Source: an uncultured Nitrospiraceae bacterium (lineage in GTDB: Bacteria; Nitrospirota; Thermodesulfovibrionia; Thermodesulfovibrionales; Dissulfurispiraceae). From it: a DNA stretch of 64,000 nt. The translations under genes were made by a program, and so were the position numbers. Of this stretch, positions 41,942 through 51,765 are shown piece by piece. The stretch covers positions 992,001 through 1,056,000 of the forward strand of contig CAVSHF010000005.1 of the NCBI GenBank assembly GCA_963727805.1. The letters are read 5' to 3'. The notes under the pieces were generated by a model. The model did no database searches and was not told the origin of the DNA. It was given only the letters and a program-made list of their open reading frames with translations. The stretch's first letter is position 1; every line of letters starts with the position of its first letter.

Positions 41942-43165
41942 TCAGTGGATTTCACTCTTGTGCCCGCTAAACACTTTTTCGCCTAGCAGGAAAGTGAGGC
42001 CTACGAATCCCATGCCCCCAAGCACGATCATAATCTCATGGGCCGACGGCGTGTAGGTAAGAAGCTGCGAATATTCGTTGACTCCCATCTCATAATACAC
42101 CGGAACAAGCTGTCCCACGATTACAAGATCGTATCTCATGAAGAAGATACCGAAGATCATCAGGGCCGATGCCGTTACGATCATTTTGAGGTTCTGTCCT
42201 CGCGACAGTATGAACAGTGCCAGCGGAATCACCATGCCCGCCGCTACCTCTAGACCCCAGAAGTTGAACGCATAGCTGCCGGTCAGTAGCAGCTCCAGCG
42301 CTGCCGTCTTGGCTTCTCCACCCACAAAGCCGGTAATGAACTTCCAGGCCGTGAAGAACAGGATCACCGAGATGAGAAGAATCCCAACCTTCGTCGTCAC
42401 CTGCAGTGCCTTTTTCATTAAACCATCCATCTTTTGACCGTTGACCTTGTAAGCCAGCCACGTGAAAAAGATGATCGTGGCTGCTCCAGACATCATGGCA
42501 GATGCGATGAAGTAAATCGGCATGTAAGGTCCATACCAGAATTCCCGGCCATGGAGCATTCCGAAAACCGCGCCCAAATTGCTATGTGCCGCAATACCTG
42601 CAACAACCCCCATAAATCCAACTATAGTGGCTATCCGCGGTTTGTTTATCACAAGAAACGTGAATTCTACCGCCATAAACAACATATAAGCTCCATAGAG
42701 AGTTCCCATCCACCAGATGTTAGAGGTCAAATTCGGCGAAATAACATTGTAGATCGCCATCCTCAATGGATTCTCAATCTCAAACGCTATGACGAAAAAG
42801 CCCGCCATAATCGTCATAATCGATAGAAATATAGCCCTCTTTGCTATAGGCATAAAATCCTTCACTCCAAATACATGCCCTATGGAAGATACAAGACACA
42901 ATCCCGTAGAGGTTACAACAAAGAAAACATATGTCGAAATCAAAATACCCCAGGGCACTTCCCTCGATGCCCCATAAGCATGCATTGTGCCGACATACTG
43001 CGCATGAATCCCCGCAGCTACAGCGGTAAGTAAAAGAAGCCCTGAGATGATTAGTGCTGCATAGTAACCTTTTGTCCCCTGAAGGCTCTGTAATACTCCA
43101 GCGGTTCCCGCTCTCCAACCGGTTAGTACTGCAGCGTCAGCAGTCTTTGTGACATCTTCAGCCAT
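41942..43165 (-). CDS. NrfD/PsrC family quinol-interacting membrane subunit
   Basis: 'VPWGILISTYVF', 'SNIWWMG', 'EFWYGPYMPIYFIASA', 'RYDLVIVGQ'; about 10 TMs. Confidence 0.9.
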   Translation of the reverse strand: MAEDVTKTADAAVLTGWRAGTAGVLQSLQGTKGYYAALIISGLLLLTAVAAGIHAQYVGTMHAYGASREVPWGILISTYVFFVVTSTGLCLVSSIGHVFGVKDFMPIAKRAIFLSIMTIMAGFFVIAFEIENPLRMAIYNVISPNLTSNIWWMGTLYGAYMLFMAVEFTFLVINKPRIATIVGFMGVVAGIAAHSNLGAVFGMLHGREFWYGPYMPIYFIASAMMSGAATIIFFTWLAYKVNGQKMDGLMKKALQVTTKVGILLISVILFFTAWKFITGFVGGEAKTAALELLLTGSYAFNFWGLEVAAGMVIPLALFILSRGQNLKMIVTASALMIFGIFFMRYDLVIVGQLVPVYYEMGVNEYSQLLTYTPSAHEIMIVLGGMGFVGLTFLLGEKVFSGHKSEIH

Positions 43166-43196
43166 TTCCCTTTCCTCCTTTATCTTCTGTCTCTAT

Positions 43197-43529
43197 TTAA
43201 CTCTTTTTCTCTTTTACCGTCAGTCCTACTTGCGCCGTCTTGCCTGCTCTTACCGTATCCGCAACGGTTCCCGTCAACCACCCTATGATCGATATGCCAA
43301 CCACAAATACAAATCCCGTTACCAAAACCGCCAGTACCATCGAAAGACCTACCAGCATCCTGGGTACAAGCTCCATGCCAAGCGGTGTCCCAAAAAGATG
43401 TCCCGCGATCTTCAATCCTAAAACACCACCAATAAATGAACTCGGCAGCAACCCGATTATCGCAAACAGTACCAAGCCTGCTACCGCCCCTGAATAAAGT
43501 CCCTTTCTTGCTATGTTGCCTGTTTTCAT
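43197..43529 (-). CDS. Small Gly-rich membrane protein, paralog 2
   Basis: 'KGLYSGAVAGLVLFAIIGLLPSSFIGGVLGLKIA'; GAAAGGAG RBS before ATG 43529; aligns with the upstream ORF. Confidence 0.8.
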   Translation of the reverse strand: MKTGNIARKGLYSGAVAGLVLFAIIGLLPSSFIGGVLGLKIAGHLFGTPLGMELVPRMLVGLSMVLAVLVTGFVFVVGISIIGWLTGTVADTVRAGKTAQVGLTVKEKKS

Positions 43530-43567
43530 AACCCACACTCCTTTCATATATAATTGCGTTGAAATAG

Positions 43568-43873
43568 TTACACTGACCCCTGCAACCTTCTCAGCCGTGC
43601 CGCCAGGTTGATATTGGCTATCGCCCAGCCGATCAGAGACGTCCCAACAACAAAAACAAGCCCCGTCACCATTACCCCCGTTACCATCGATATGCCCACA
43701 ACAGCCCTTGAAAGTAACGCAGTTTCTACGGTAGTTCCCAATACGTATGAAGCGATCCTCAATCCAAGTACTCCACCTACAAAGGAACTGGGCAGCATGC
43801 CGATCAGTATGAATAAAACCAATCCTGCCGTCGCCCCTATGTATAAGCCTTTCTTTGCAGTTTCCGTTTTCAT
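43568..43873 (-). CDS. Small Gly-rich membrane protein, paralog 1
   Basis: 'KGLYIGATAGLVLFILIGMLPSSFVGGVLGLRIA'; AAGGAGG RBS. Confidence 0.8.
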   Translation of the reverse strand: MKTETAKKGLYIGATAGLVLFILIGMLPSSFVGGVLGLRIASYVLGTTVETALLSRAVVGISMVTGVMVTGLVFVVGTSLIGWAIANINLAARLRRLQGSV

Positions 43874-43908
43874 GTGCCCTGTCCTCCTTTGTTCAGTTAT
43901 CTATATCA

Positions 43909-43924
43909 AGCAGATTCCATGCCA
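43909..43924 (-). promoter_or_regulatory. Sigma54 (-24/-12) promoter
   Basis: TGGCATGGAATCTGCT = exact GG-N10-GC spacing, 35 nt upstream of the 43873 start, with an AT-rich tract upstream. Confidence 0.75.
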
Positions 43925-44114
43925 TCTCTTATTTCATTGATATTTCAGATATTTTTGTTTGATTTGTTTTGCAGAAATGCAAAAATATTTGCGGCTATAG
44001 GCATAAAAGCGAAAATGCTATCGATTGAAAGACGCTTCAGATCACGGTCCATCCACACGGCGCCGCCTTCCGCCCCGGACGGCGTGGATAGGCAAGCCGG
44101 GCCTTCTCTTTGAG

Positions 44115-44134
44115 TATCAGTTGTACAACTGATA
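44115..44134. promoter_or_regulatory. Perfect 20-bp palindrome, candidate transcription factor site
   Basis: TATCAGTTGTACAACTGATA is its own reverse complement. Confidence 0.55.
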
Positions 44135-44621
44135 ATTATATCGCGTTTGCAAAGTCTTCAATTTTAAAATATTATGGTTATCTCTGCCGAAGCTTCAGAT
44201 ATTTCGACTGTCGATCAGAAGAATCTATCTCATTATACAAACTATGATTCCTTTTTTACAGTGTTAAGTTCAATCATTATTATTATCCTTGCATAATGGT
44301 CACCATATGGATTCTGAAGAGGAGCGACGAGAACCTTGTCTCCGGACCGCAGTTCAATCCGCATTCTGGCAAGCTCACGGGAGTCTATTTTATAGATATC
44401 GCCATTGGGTAAGGATTTTGTCTGCCCCTTACATGACGCGGGATCCGATGCTAGTAAGATGCCTCCTTCCTTGAGAGAGAGATCACCCCAGGTTCTCTCT
44501 CTTTTTCCTAACTGCCCATGGAGACAATAGAACGCTCTATATATTTTATTTCTTAGCTACAAGCTTTCCAGCACATAAGTTTCATGTCACTGTCCTGTCA
44601 AGTGTCCTGTTGAAACAACCA

Positions 44622-44650
44622 AGGCTGTCAGGCACTTTGCCTGGCAGCCT
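44622..44650 (-). terminator. Hairpin downstream of tRNA-fMet
   Basis: AGGCTGTCAGGCA-CTT-TGCCTGGCAGCCT, 12/13 bp stem. Confidence 0.6.
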
Positions 44651-44679
44651 CTAACTCATTTATATTACAGTATTTTTAT

Positions 44680-44756
<77 letters not shown>

Positions 44757-44763
44757 AACGTTT

Positions 44764-44793
44764 ACAATAACGTAACGGTCTGGTTAATGTCAA
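44764..44793 (-). promoter_or_regulatory. Sigma70 promoter of tRNA-fMet
   Basis: TTGACA-N18-TATTGT ending 7 nt before the tRNA. Confidence 0.6.
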
Positions 44794-45495
44794 CGACAAC
44801 GCCTCAAAGGCCATTTTATCAATGGGTTATGCAAGATAACGCGCAATCTCCCAATAAGCTTCCGGATCCATCAGCCCGTCCTCGACCTATAGATTCATTC
44901 TTCACGGTCTGTTGTAGAACGATGACCGAGTTTCTTTCTTTGGTCTTCGGTATGCCAATGGCTTTTCCAGTAACACTATCGTGAGTTCTGCTGCGTCGAA
45001 AGATGCCGATTGTCCCAATACTTCAAAATGTTCCGCTTGTCCATCGCTGTCTATGCCAAGGAATTTCTGAGGCGTGATGCCGATCACGGAATGTACCGTT
45101 GACTTCATTGTATAGTTAAGTCGGCAGAGTCTGTATTGCTCTTTACCCTCTTGATATCAAAGGGGACCGTATAAAAGCAACGAGATGACTGCGCCAGCAA
45201 CTGAGTCCGCGCCGGTGTTAGCTTCGTGATGCGATGCAAAGGCAACTAACCTTTTCCGCACCGGGCGAATGTTGCGGATCATCAGGCAGTTATTGCAGAA
45301 TATGCCTGGTTGTTTGCTGAGGGGAACGAGCAATGCAACAGTTAGGATGCTCAACGTATTTACACAGGCTTGATTTAAGGGCTAAAGTGGTCTACTTAAC
45401 CGGAGCCCAAAGATGGGCAACTGACTTGTCTGCTACAGTTCTTCAAGACTGCCTTGCCCTTGTGCACTAAACCGAAAACCAAAAGGAGGTAATCA

Positions 45496-46437
45496 GTGGA
45501 TCGAGCCTATACGGTAACGGGAACCCCAGACTTGAACATAGCGGACGATTTTCAAGGGGTCCGCTTTTATAAGGATACTTCTGCTGAAAATCTTTGGTAC
45601 TATGGTCCTGCTAAACAGCCGTGGAGCCAATCGCGCAGCAAAATAGCGGAGCATATCATTTGGAATGCACGGCTGTCATTAGCCCCCCCCAGTGACACGC
45701 TTGTAAGTTTTTCACAGGCACATTCCAATTGCAAGCTCGTTGCCATCCCCGTCTCATTGGAAAACTCATCTGTTGATATTGCCACGCAAATAGTTGCTCC
45801 GCACAGAGCTTCAGTAAAAGTTCTTTCGAGTATCCCCTATCCATTGATAATCTTTTCCGCCACTCTGGACATGAAGGATGCTGACTATGACAAAATTGAT
45901 GCAGCAATCAAATCTGGGCTAGAACAAGGCGGCTTATTAAAGGGAGAGCTGCAGTGGTCGTTCAAGGCGTCAGCGGTGACAATGGAGGGACAGCTTGTCG
46001 CAAATATGAGACAGATCTCGGACGCGCTGCATGGACAGCCGGGCAACGAATGGATTTTGGAAAAAGACTTTTTTCGGTGCCTTTTAGATGAGATCCATAC
46101 TTCACTTCCATCTGCTTTGAAAATAGACGTGGGGGCATTGTCCCCCAGCGATATTGACATTATTGAGAGCACACTATTTTCTCTATGTTATCCCAGCATG
46201 ATAGCTGATTCAAAAACACAGTATGTTTTTGATATAAAAAGAAAATACACGATGTATAAGTTAAAGGACAGTGCCGAGTACCCAATAGACCCTGTGCTGC
46301 AGAAAATACGCTCCACTGAGGCAGTCAATCATATGCTGAGGTTATCTGTTGGAAGAAGCGCAGAAGCTGACGTAATGAGCTCGCCAACAGATCACACTAA
46401 CGATGCTCCTGATGAACCACCTTACTCCAAGAGTTAG
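45496..46437 (+). CDS. Hypothetical protein
   Basis: 313-aa ORF with strong AAGGAGGT RBS before GTG; no recognised family. Confidence 0.75.
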   Translation: MDRAYTVTGTPDLNIADDFQGVRFYKDTSAENLWYYGPAKQPWSQSRSKIAEHIIWNARLSLAPPSDTLVSFSQAHSNCKLVAIPVSLENSSVDIATQIVAPHRASVKVLSSIPYPLIIFSATLDMKDADYDKIDAAIKSGLEQGGLLKGELQWSFKASAVTMEGQLVANMRQISDALHGQPGNEWILEKDFFRCLLDEIHTSLPSALKIDVGALSPSDIDIIESTLFSLCYPSMIADSKTQYVFDIKRKYTMYKLKDSAEYPIDPVLQKIRSTEAVNHMLRLSVGRSAEADVMSSPTDHTNDAPDEPPYSKS

Positions 46438-46770
46438 TTACAGTTTCATAACAGCAGCACTCGATGAAGAAGGCACTCTCACCTCAACTTTCACTATCGG
46501 GACGAGAAAGAAATATGCAAACGCCAGTATGCATACTAGCAATATACAATTAAGCATGGTAATCTGTCGCAGGATATCACTCATCCTCACATCACTTGCC
46601 CTCATACAGACCTAAGGCATCTATTTCTGACCATGAGGTCTCTCGATTCCCTCAAATTTCTCACGCGCGCGTCCGGTTCCTTCACGACTATATAAACAGT
46701 CATTGTTGACACGCCGACGAAAGAGATTATCCTGAATGTACAGCAATAATACCCATCAGATCACCGCATT
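46438..46770 (-). pseudogene. Decayed copy of the gspM 3' end and gspC-like 5' end
   Basis: 'VVKEPDARVRNLRESRDLMVR/IDALGLYEGK*' matches the GspM end 'VIKELDARVRNFKEPRELMVRLDIMSLYGGR*'; ORF 46584-46438 'MSDILRQITMLNCILLVCILAF…EVRVP' matches the 48626 ORF 'MQSVMKQINLLNCILLAGILAF…EVRVP'. Confidence 0.85.
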
Positions 46771-46904
46771 TAGTTCAGACCTTGCACTGTCACACCTGTT
46801 CCGCGCAATTTAAAAGCCCCTGTTGAATGTTGAATTGGTATGCTTCAAGACAAGATAGGCCACTGGAGATCAATGCCCCAACAGTCTTAACTTTATCTTT
46901 ACTT

Positions 46905-47954
46905 TTACCTGTTCGAGTAGTTCTTTATCAGCCAGTTACGGTATTCCCCTGTCTTGATTCTTTCGACCCATTCGCTATTTTCGAGATACCACCTGACTGT
47001 CTTCCTGAGCCCGGATTCAAAGGTATCCCTGGGCTGCCAGCCGAGTTCCTTTTTTATTTTTGAAGCGTCTATTGCATACCGGAGATCATGACCAAGCCTG
47101 TCTGTGACATATGTTATGAGTTTCTCAAACTGATCGAGCGGTCTTCCGATCTCCTCGGCGAGGATTTTGCATATCAGCAGCACTACCTCTATGTTTCTCC
47201 TTTCGTTATTACCGCCGATATTGTATGTTTCGCCGACCCGTCCCCGCTCAATGACAAGCCAAAGGGCCTCACAGTGATCCTCGACATAAAGCCAGTCCCT
47301 GACATTATTCCCTCTGCCATAGACGGGAAGCGCCTTACCTTCAAGCGCGCTCATTATCATGAGCGGTATCAACTTTTCGGGAAACTGGCGCGGGCCGTAA
47401 TTGTTCGAGCAATTCGTTATTTTGACAGGGATGCCATAGGTCTTATGATAGGCCTTAACAAGATGGTCACTTGAGGCCTTGGACGCGGAATACGGGCTGC
47501 TCGGGTCGTATTTCGTCTCTTCCGTAAAGAGGCCCTCTTCCCCAAGGGAGCCATATACCTCATCGGTGCTGACATGATGGAATAAATGATCACCCTCCTT
47601 TTTCCAATGTGTCTTGCATGCCTCCAAGAGGTTGAAGGTGCCTATAATATTAGTTCGAATAAATGACGAAGGGTCCACAATGCTTCTGTCTACATGGCTT
47701 TCGGCGGCAAGGTGGATGATTCTGTCAGGCTTGTATTTCCTGAAGAGGCCTTCGATTGTCTCAGTGTCAGCGATGTCGCCCTGCTCGAAAACGTAATTAC
47801 GGCAACCCACGATATCCTTGAGACTGTATAGATTGGCGGCATAGGTAAGCTTGTCCAGATTGATAAAAAGGTGTCCCGGATATCTTGGAACAAGGAGGGT
47901 CAGCAGATTAGAACCGATAAAACCGGCCCCTCCCGTAACAATAATCTTCCTCAT
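46905..47954 (-). CDS. rfbB: dTDP-glucose 4,6-dehydratase
   Basis: '[10 protein letters not shown]', '[12 protein letters not shown]', 'STDEVYG', 'YSASK', 'QFPEKLIP'. Confidence 0.96.
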   Translation of the reverse strand: MRKIIVTGGAGFIGSNLLTLLVPRYPGHLFINLDKLTYAANLYSLKDIVGCRNYVFEQGDIADTETIEGLFRKYKPDRIIHLAAESHVDRSIVDPSSFIRTNIIGTFNLLEACKTHWKKEGDHLFHHVSTDEVYGSLGEEGLFTEETKYDPSSPYSASKASSDHLVKAYHKTYGIPVKITNCSNNYGPRQFPEKLIPLMIMSALEGKALPVYGRGNNVRDWLYVEDHCEALWLVIERGRVGETYNIGGNNERRNIEVVLLICKILAEEIGRPLDQFEKLITYVTDRLGHDLRYAIDASKIKKELGWQPRDTFESGLRKTVRWYLENSEWVERIKTGEYRNWLIKNYSNR

Positions 47955-48029
47955 TAATCCTCCTCATCATTTATTTGCAGCACGTTGTTCGCAGTGATCC
48001 ATCACAACACTTAAGACAAACTCATCTTC

Positions 48030-48626
48030 CTAATGCATGCGCGTCCTGATCGCCGTTCCGCTCGTCCCGGGTATTGGTGCCGGCGCAACGGGTGCTGTTG
48101 CACCCCCGGTCGCACCCCTGTCTTTCTTGCTCCCAGGAGAAATCACCTTGACCTCGATCCTGTTATCGCCGTTAACCATTACAACACGATCATGGAGTAC
48201 CTCCCTTAAGGTATAGCCGCTCATGGTCTCTCCGATTTTAAGGCTGGTCTGGCGCTGTCCCCTCCCCGGGGTCGTGCGGGCCGCTTTTTTATCGCTCATG
48301 TATGCGATGCTGACGTTATCGGTTATGAGTGTTCCATAAAGAATAAACTCAGGTTTCGGTATTACGATTTCCTCTTTCTTGGACGGAATTATCCTGTCGG
48401 GATGGAAAAGATTCTTCTCGGCCACCATCGCATATTCCTGAAGCGGCGGATTGATCGCCTGCTCAGCAGCCTCCTTCTGTTGCTCCGCCACTTTTGGTGT
48501 TGCACGCGAAATAGGCACTCTGACTTCTTTAGTGAGTATCGGCAGTAGGATAAAAAAACCGAATGCAAGTATCCCCGCAAGCAGGATGCAATTGAGCAGG
48601 TTGATCTGTTTCATAACCGATTGCAT
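48030..48626 (-). CDS. Type II secretion GspC/PulP-like protein
   Basis: N-terminal TM, 'KNLFHPDR', 'LYGT', 'KIGE…GY.L.EV..DRVV'; last gene of gsp operon. Confidence 0.6.
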   Translation of the reverse strand: MQSVMKQINLLNCILLAGILAFGFFILLPILTKEVRVPISRATPKVAEQQKEAAEQAINPPLQEYAMVAEKNLFHPDRIIPSKKEEIVIPKPEFILYGTLITDNVSIAYMSDKKAARTTPGRGQRQTSLKIGETMSGYTLREVLHDRVVMVNGDNRIEVKVISPGSKKDRGATGGATAPVAPAPIPGTSGTAIRTRMH

Positions 48627-48633
48627 CCTCGCT

Positions 48634-49275
48634 TTACCTGCCTCCGTACAGGCTCATGATATCTAGCCTCACCATAAGCTCTCTCGGTTCCTTGAAATTT
48701 CTCACCCGAGCATCTAGTTCCTTAATTACAAGATATGGCGTCCTCGTTTCGATCGAATAGAGGATGTCTGAAAGTGCGCCCGCATCAGGCAATGTCGCAT
48801 CGATGCTCACACTCAGGACTTGGAATTTCTGACCTTCCGACGGCTTTTCGGTCTTCTTGCCGGTTGCTCCCTTCGCGGCCGGAGCAGTTGTACCGGCAGG
48901 CGACGACGGTGACTTTTCGAGGTCTTCAGGCTTGCCAATCCTCTCGCTCGAAATCGTTCCACCCCTTCCCGTGACGATCCCTTTCACCATCCCCTGCAAA
49001 TTCGCCGAAGCAAGCGAGATGGGTTCGCCATCGATAAGCTTTACTTTCTGCGCCTTTTCCTGCTCCTTTAGTGCAGCAAGCTTCTTCTCCAATTCCGGCT
49101 TTTCAGCAATCAGGGCAATATATTTATTGAGGGTCTGCATTCTAGCGTCGCTCTGTTCCCGTATCGATGCCTTCTCTGCCTTGACACCGAGATATACATA
49201 TTCGTATATGACAAGATAAAAAAGAATAATCAAGACGGGTGCGGCCAGCATGAGGAGTTTTTTATTTCTTTTCAA
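48634..49275 (-). CDS. gspM: Type II secretion protein M
   Basis: Single N-terminal TM, coiled coil, 'LSDILYSIETRTPYLVIKEL'; follows gspL. Confidence 0.75.
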   Translation of the reverse strand: MKRNKKLLMLAAPVLIILFYLVIYEYVYLGVKAEKASIREQSDARMQTLNKYIALIAEKPELEKKLAALKEQEKAQKVKLIDGEPISLASANLQGMVKGIVTGRGGTISSERIGKPEDLEKSPSSPAGTTAPAAKGATGKKTEKPSEGQKFQVLSVSIDATLPDAGALSDILYSIETRTPYLVIKELDARVRNFKEPRELMVRLDIMSLYGGR

Positions 49276-50800
49276 TAGCAGTTCCCTCCGGCTTCCAGCC
49301 CTTGATGTCCATCTTTATCTGAAAGCGGTCCATGTTCATTCGTGCATCCCTGAATGTCGGCGAAGAGAATTCAGCCTTCTGGAAATACTTCGACCCCTCG
49401 AGAAGTTGAATGAGGGACGTTGCAGACGGCGCATACCCTTCTATGTTCACCTGTGGTCCAGCAATCCTCATACGGGTAAGCCATGCGTTCTTCGGTATAA
49501 CAAGTGTAAGTTCCTTCAGCATATCAATGTAAAGGGGCTTGTCGTGTCTGAAATTATTGACAAGGGCCATCTGCTTTTTGAGTACCTCTATGTCGCCCTT
49601 GATTCTTTCGACGTTCCTTACCTCTTCCTTCCTCATGTTTATCTGTCTGTCAATTTCCCTAAGTTGGTCTTTTTCTGTTTGTATAGGAACAAAAAGATAC
49701 ACAACGAGACAGGAAACTATGACAAGGGCGAGAAAACCGGTAAGCAGAAAGGGCTTTTTTATGCGTTCCCTTAAGCCTTTAGAGATCAGATTATACCCCT
49801 TAGCTCCCGGCCACAGTTGCTCAATAGCCCCCCCTACAAGAGAGGAGCTTATCCCCGCATTGACGGCAAGGCCAGCAATTTTCCTATCAATCCCATTCAA
49901 GACCTCGAATGATAATACCCCTCTGGATTTCAATGATTCCTTTAGCGAGGCCATCTCCTCCCAGAACGAGATAATTGTCGGTCCTTCTTCGGATGCCAGG
50001 CCGGCAGATGCCTTCTGCTCTGCCAGAAAATCCTCAATGATGACCGCCATAAGCACATCGTCGTCGCACCCGAATTCCTTGGATGTAGCCGCCTTCAACA
50101 TGCCGGCCTCTACTGTTCCACTTTTTATACCGTTTCTGTCTACCTCTACAAATAGAAAGGAGTCGTATCCCATTATGTAGCGACACATGGTTGCAAGGCA
50201 TGAAAGATCAAAAGTTACTCTCCTGACGGGGATCCCCCTCTCGAGGATTTTATCGATATATTCGGTTATGGTACTCGCTTTAGCCGCAGCAATGAGAAGG
50301 TCTATGTTATCACTCGTTTGTTTCTCAACCAGGTAATCATACAGCGCTTCGTCGGAGGTAAATGGAGTGAAACGGTCGAATTCATAAGTGATGACTTGAT
50401 TGAGGTTTTCTCCGACAGCGGCAGGAAGACTCGTAGACTTCACCACAACCCACTGTTTCGGAATAACCAGCACTACATCTGCTTTTCGGATACCGAAATC
50501 CTTGAATGCCACGGCTAAGGTTGAAGCCACTTCATCGGGTGATGGGATCGAATCTTCGCTGTACCGATAAGTCCTGTCCGCCTTAATCCTGAACTTCGAG
50601 AATGCTCGCGATGCATGGAGTACAGTTACTTGCCCTTTTCGTATCTCCGCGCAAATGCAGGAGGCGGGGACGACCGCTTCGCTCGGACTGAAAGTGAGCA
50701 CTTTCCATACGGAAGTCGCAACCTTCTTAATGGCGCCCGCAACGCCTGAGACGGCATCGCCGAATTGTTTTATTGTTTCTCTTGTTCTTGCTGTTTCCAT
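49262..50800 (-). CDS. gspL: Type II secretion protein L (PilM/PilN-like)
   Basis: Cytoplasmic actin-like region ('FDRFTPF…LYDY'), TM, PilN-type 'LKELT..IP..AWL…IEGYA'; start uncertain. Confidence 0.75.
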   Translation of the reverse strand: METARTRETIKQFGDAVSGVAGAIKKVATSVWKVLTFSPSEAVVPASCICAEIRKGQVTVLHASRAFSKFRIKADRTYRYSEDSIPSPDEVASTLAVAFKDFGIRKADVVLVIPKQWVVVKSTSLPAAVGENLNQVITYEFDRFTPFTSDEALYDYLVEKQTSDNIDLLIAAAKASTITEYIDKILERGIPVRRVTFDLSCLATMCRYIMGYDSFLFVEVDRNGIKSGTVEAGMLKAATSKEFGCDDDVLMAVIIEDFLAEQKASAGLASEEGPTIISFWEEMASLKESLKSRGVLSFEVLNGIDRKIAGLAVNAGISSSLVGGAIEQLWPGAKGYNLISKGLRERIKKPFLLTGFLALVIVSCLVVYLFVPIQTEKDQLREIDRQINMRKEEVRNVERIKGDIEVLKKQMALVNNFRHDKPLYIDMLKELTLVIPKNAWLTRMRIAGPQVNIEGYAPSATSLIQLLEGSKYFQKAEFSSPTFRDARMNMDRFQIKMDIKGWKPEGTAIEKK

Positions 50801-51765
50801 TTGCTCATGTCCCAGGGGCACTTGAAGTAGCGGTAACTGAATTTATTGCCCGCGACGGTGATGACTGCCTTCACCCCATAACCCGCCTTTTTGCTGTTTT
50901 TCCTGCCGACCGATTCGACAGTAAACGTCGTGCTTTCTCCAGCAGCAACGAACGGGCTCATTGCAGTGAAAGCCCCGCCGACGAGGGCCTGAAAAGCCGA
51001 TATCGACTTAATCTCCGAAGTCTTCCTGAAATCAATCACTACCCCTGCCAGTTCAGGCGTCATTCCGGGGATTGCCAATAGGACCTCTTTAGAGGCCGCA
51101 TTGACATTTATTGTACCATTTCCGGAATAAACGGTTATGAAGTCCTCGAGTCCGGGTTTGTTCGCCGTGCCGTGCAACAGTTCCGGCGTCATGCCTTTCA
51201 CGAGTAGGAGTTCCTCGATGCTTTCGACGTCAGCGTTTTTGGCCTTATATGGGACTGGAAGCGACATGTAATAGTCACTTTCTGCACCATGAAGACGCGT
51301 TAGATCGTCCGCGTCCCTCCAGTCCTCGATGGAATCGACAATGACATCGGCATCTTCATCCTTCACCCCGAGGCTCGTAAGCAATCCTTTTAATATTATA
51401 TCAGGGACTTTATTTATATCTATTTTCCCAGATTCATCGATAATCCTCACGGTGCAGATACCATTTTCGAGCGGGAAGGTGTTGGGAGTCCCATCGGTCT
51501 TCCAGACGTTTGTTTCCTTGCCTTCTTCAAGCGGGGCGCCCAGGTTTATTCTGCGATACATAATCTCTTCGGCAGCCCTTTCGACCCCGGCCTCTGCAAT
51601 GAACTTCTCTTCGACGCCCTCCTTAAACGCGATGGTGGACCGGCTCTCGACCTTTGTCATATACGAAACGGACAGCACGACAACCATAAGGATCGCTAGT
51701 ATCCATATGACAAGCATCAGAGCTATACCTTTTTGTCCCCGTCGGCAATGCATAGGCATCATCAT
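50770..51765 (-). CDS. gspK: Type II secretion minor pseudopilin K
   Basis: 'QKG|IALMLVIW', 'DESGKIDIN', 'DWRDAD…GAE..YY', 'ELLLVKGM'. Confidence 0.9.
   Translation of the reverse strand: MMMPMHCRRGQKGIALMLVIWILAILMVVVLSVSYMTKVESRSTIAFKEGVEEKFIAEAGVERAAEEIMYRRINLGAPLEEGKETNVWKTDGTPNTFPLENGICTVRIIDESGKIDINKVPDIILKGLLTSLGVKDEDADVIVDSIEDWRDADDLTRLHGAESDYYMSLPVPYKAKNADVESIEELLLVKGMTPELLHGTANKPGLEDFITVYSGNGTINVNAASKEVLLAIPGMTPELAGVVIDFRKTSEIKSISAFQALVGGAFTAMSPFVAAGESTTFTVESVGRKNSKKAGYGVKAVITVAGNKFSYRYFKCPWDMSKWKQQEQEKQ

Noticed and set aside
44307..44420. Possible second PilZ remnant ('ERREPCLR', 'IDIAIG')
   Set aside because: Match too short and degenerate to support
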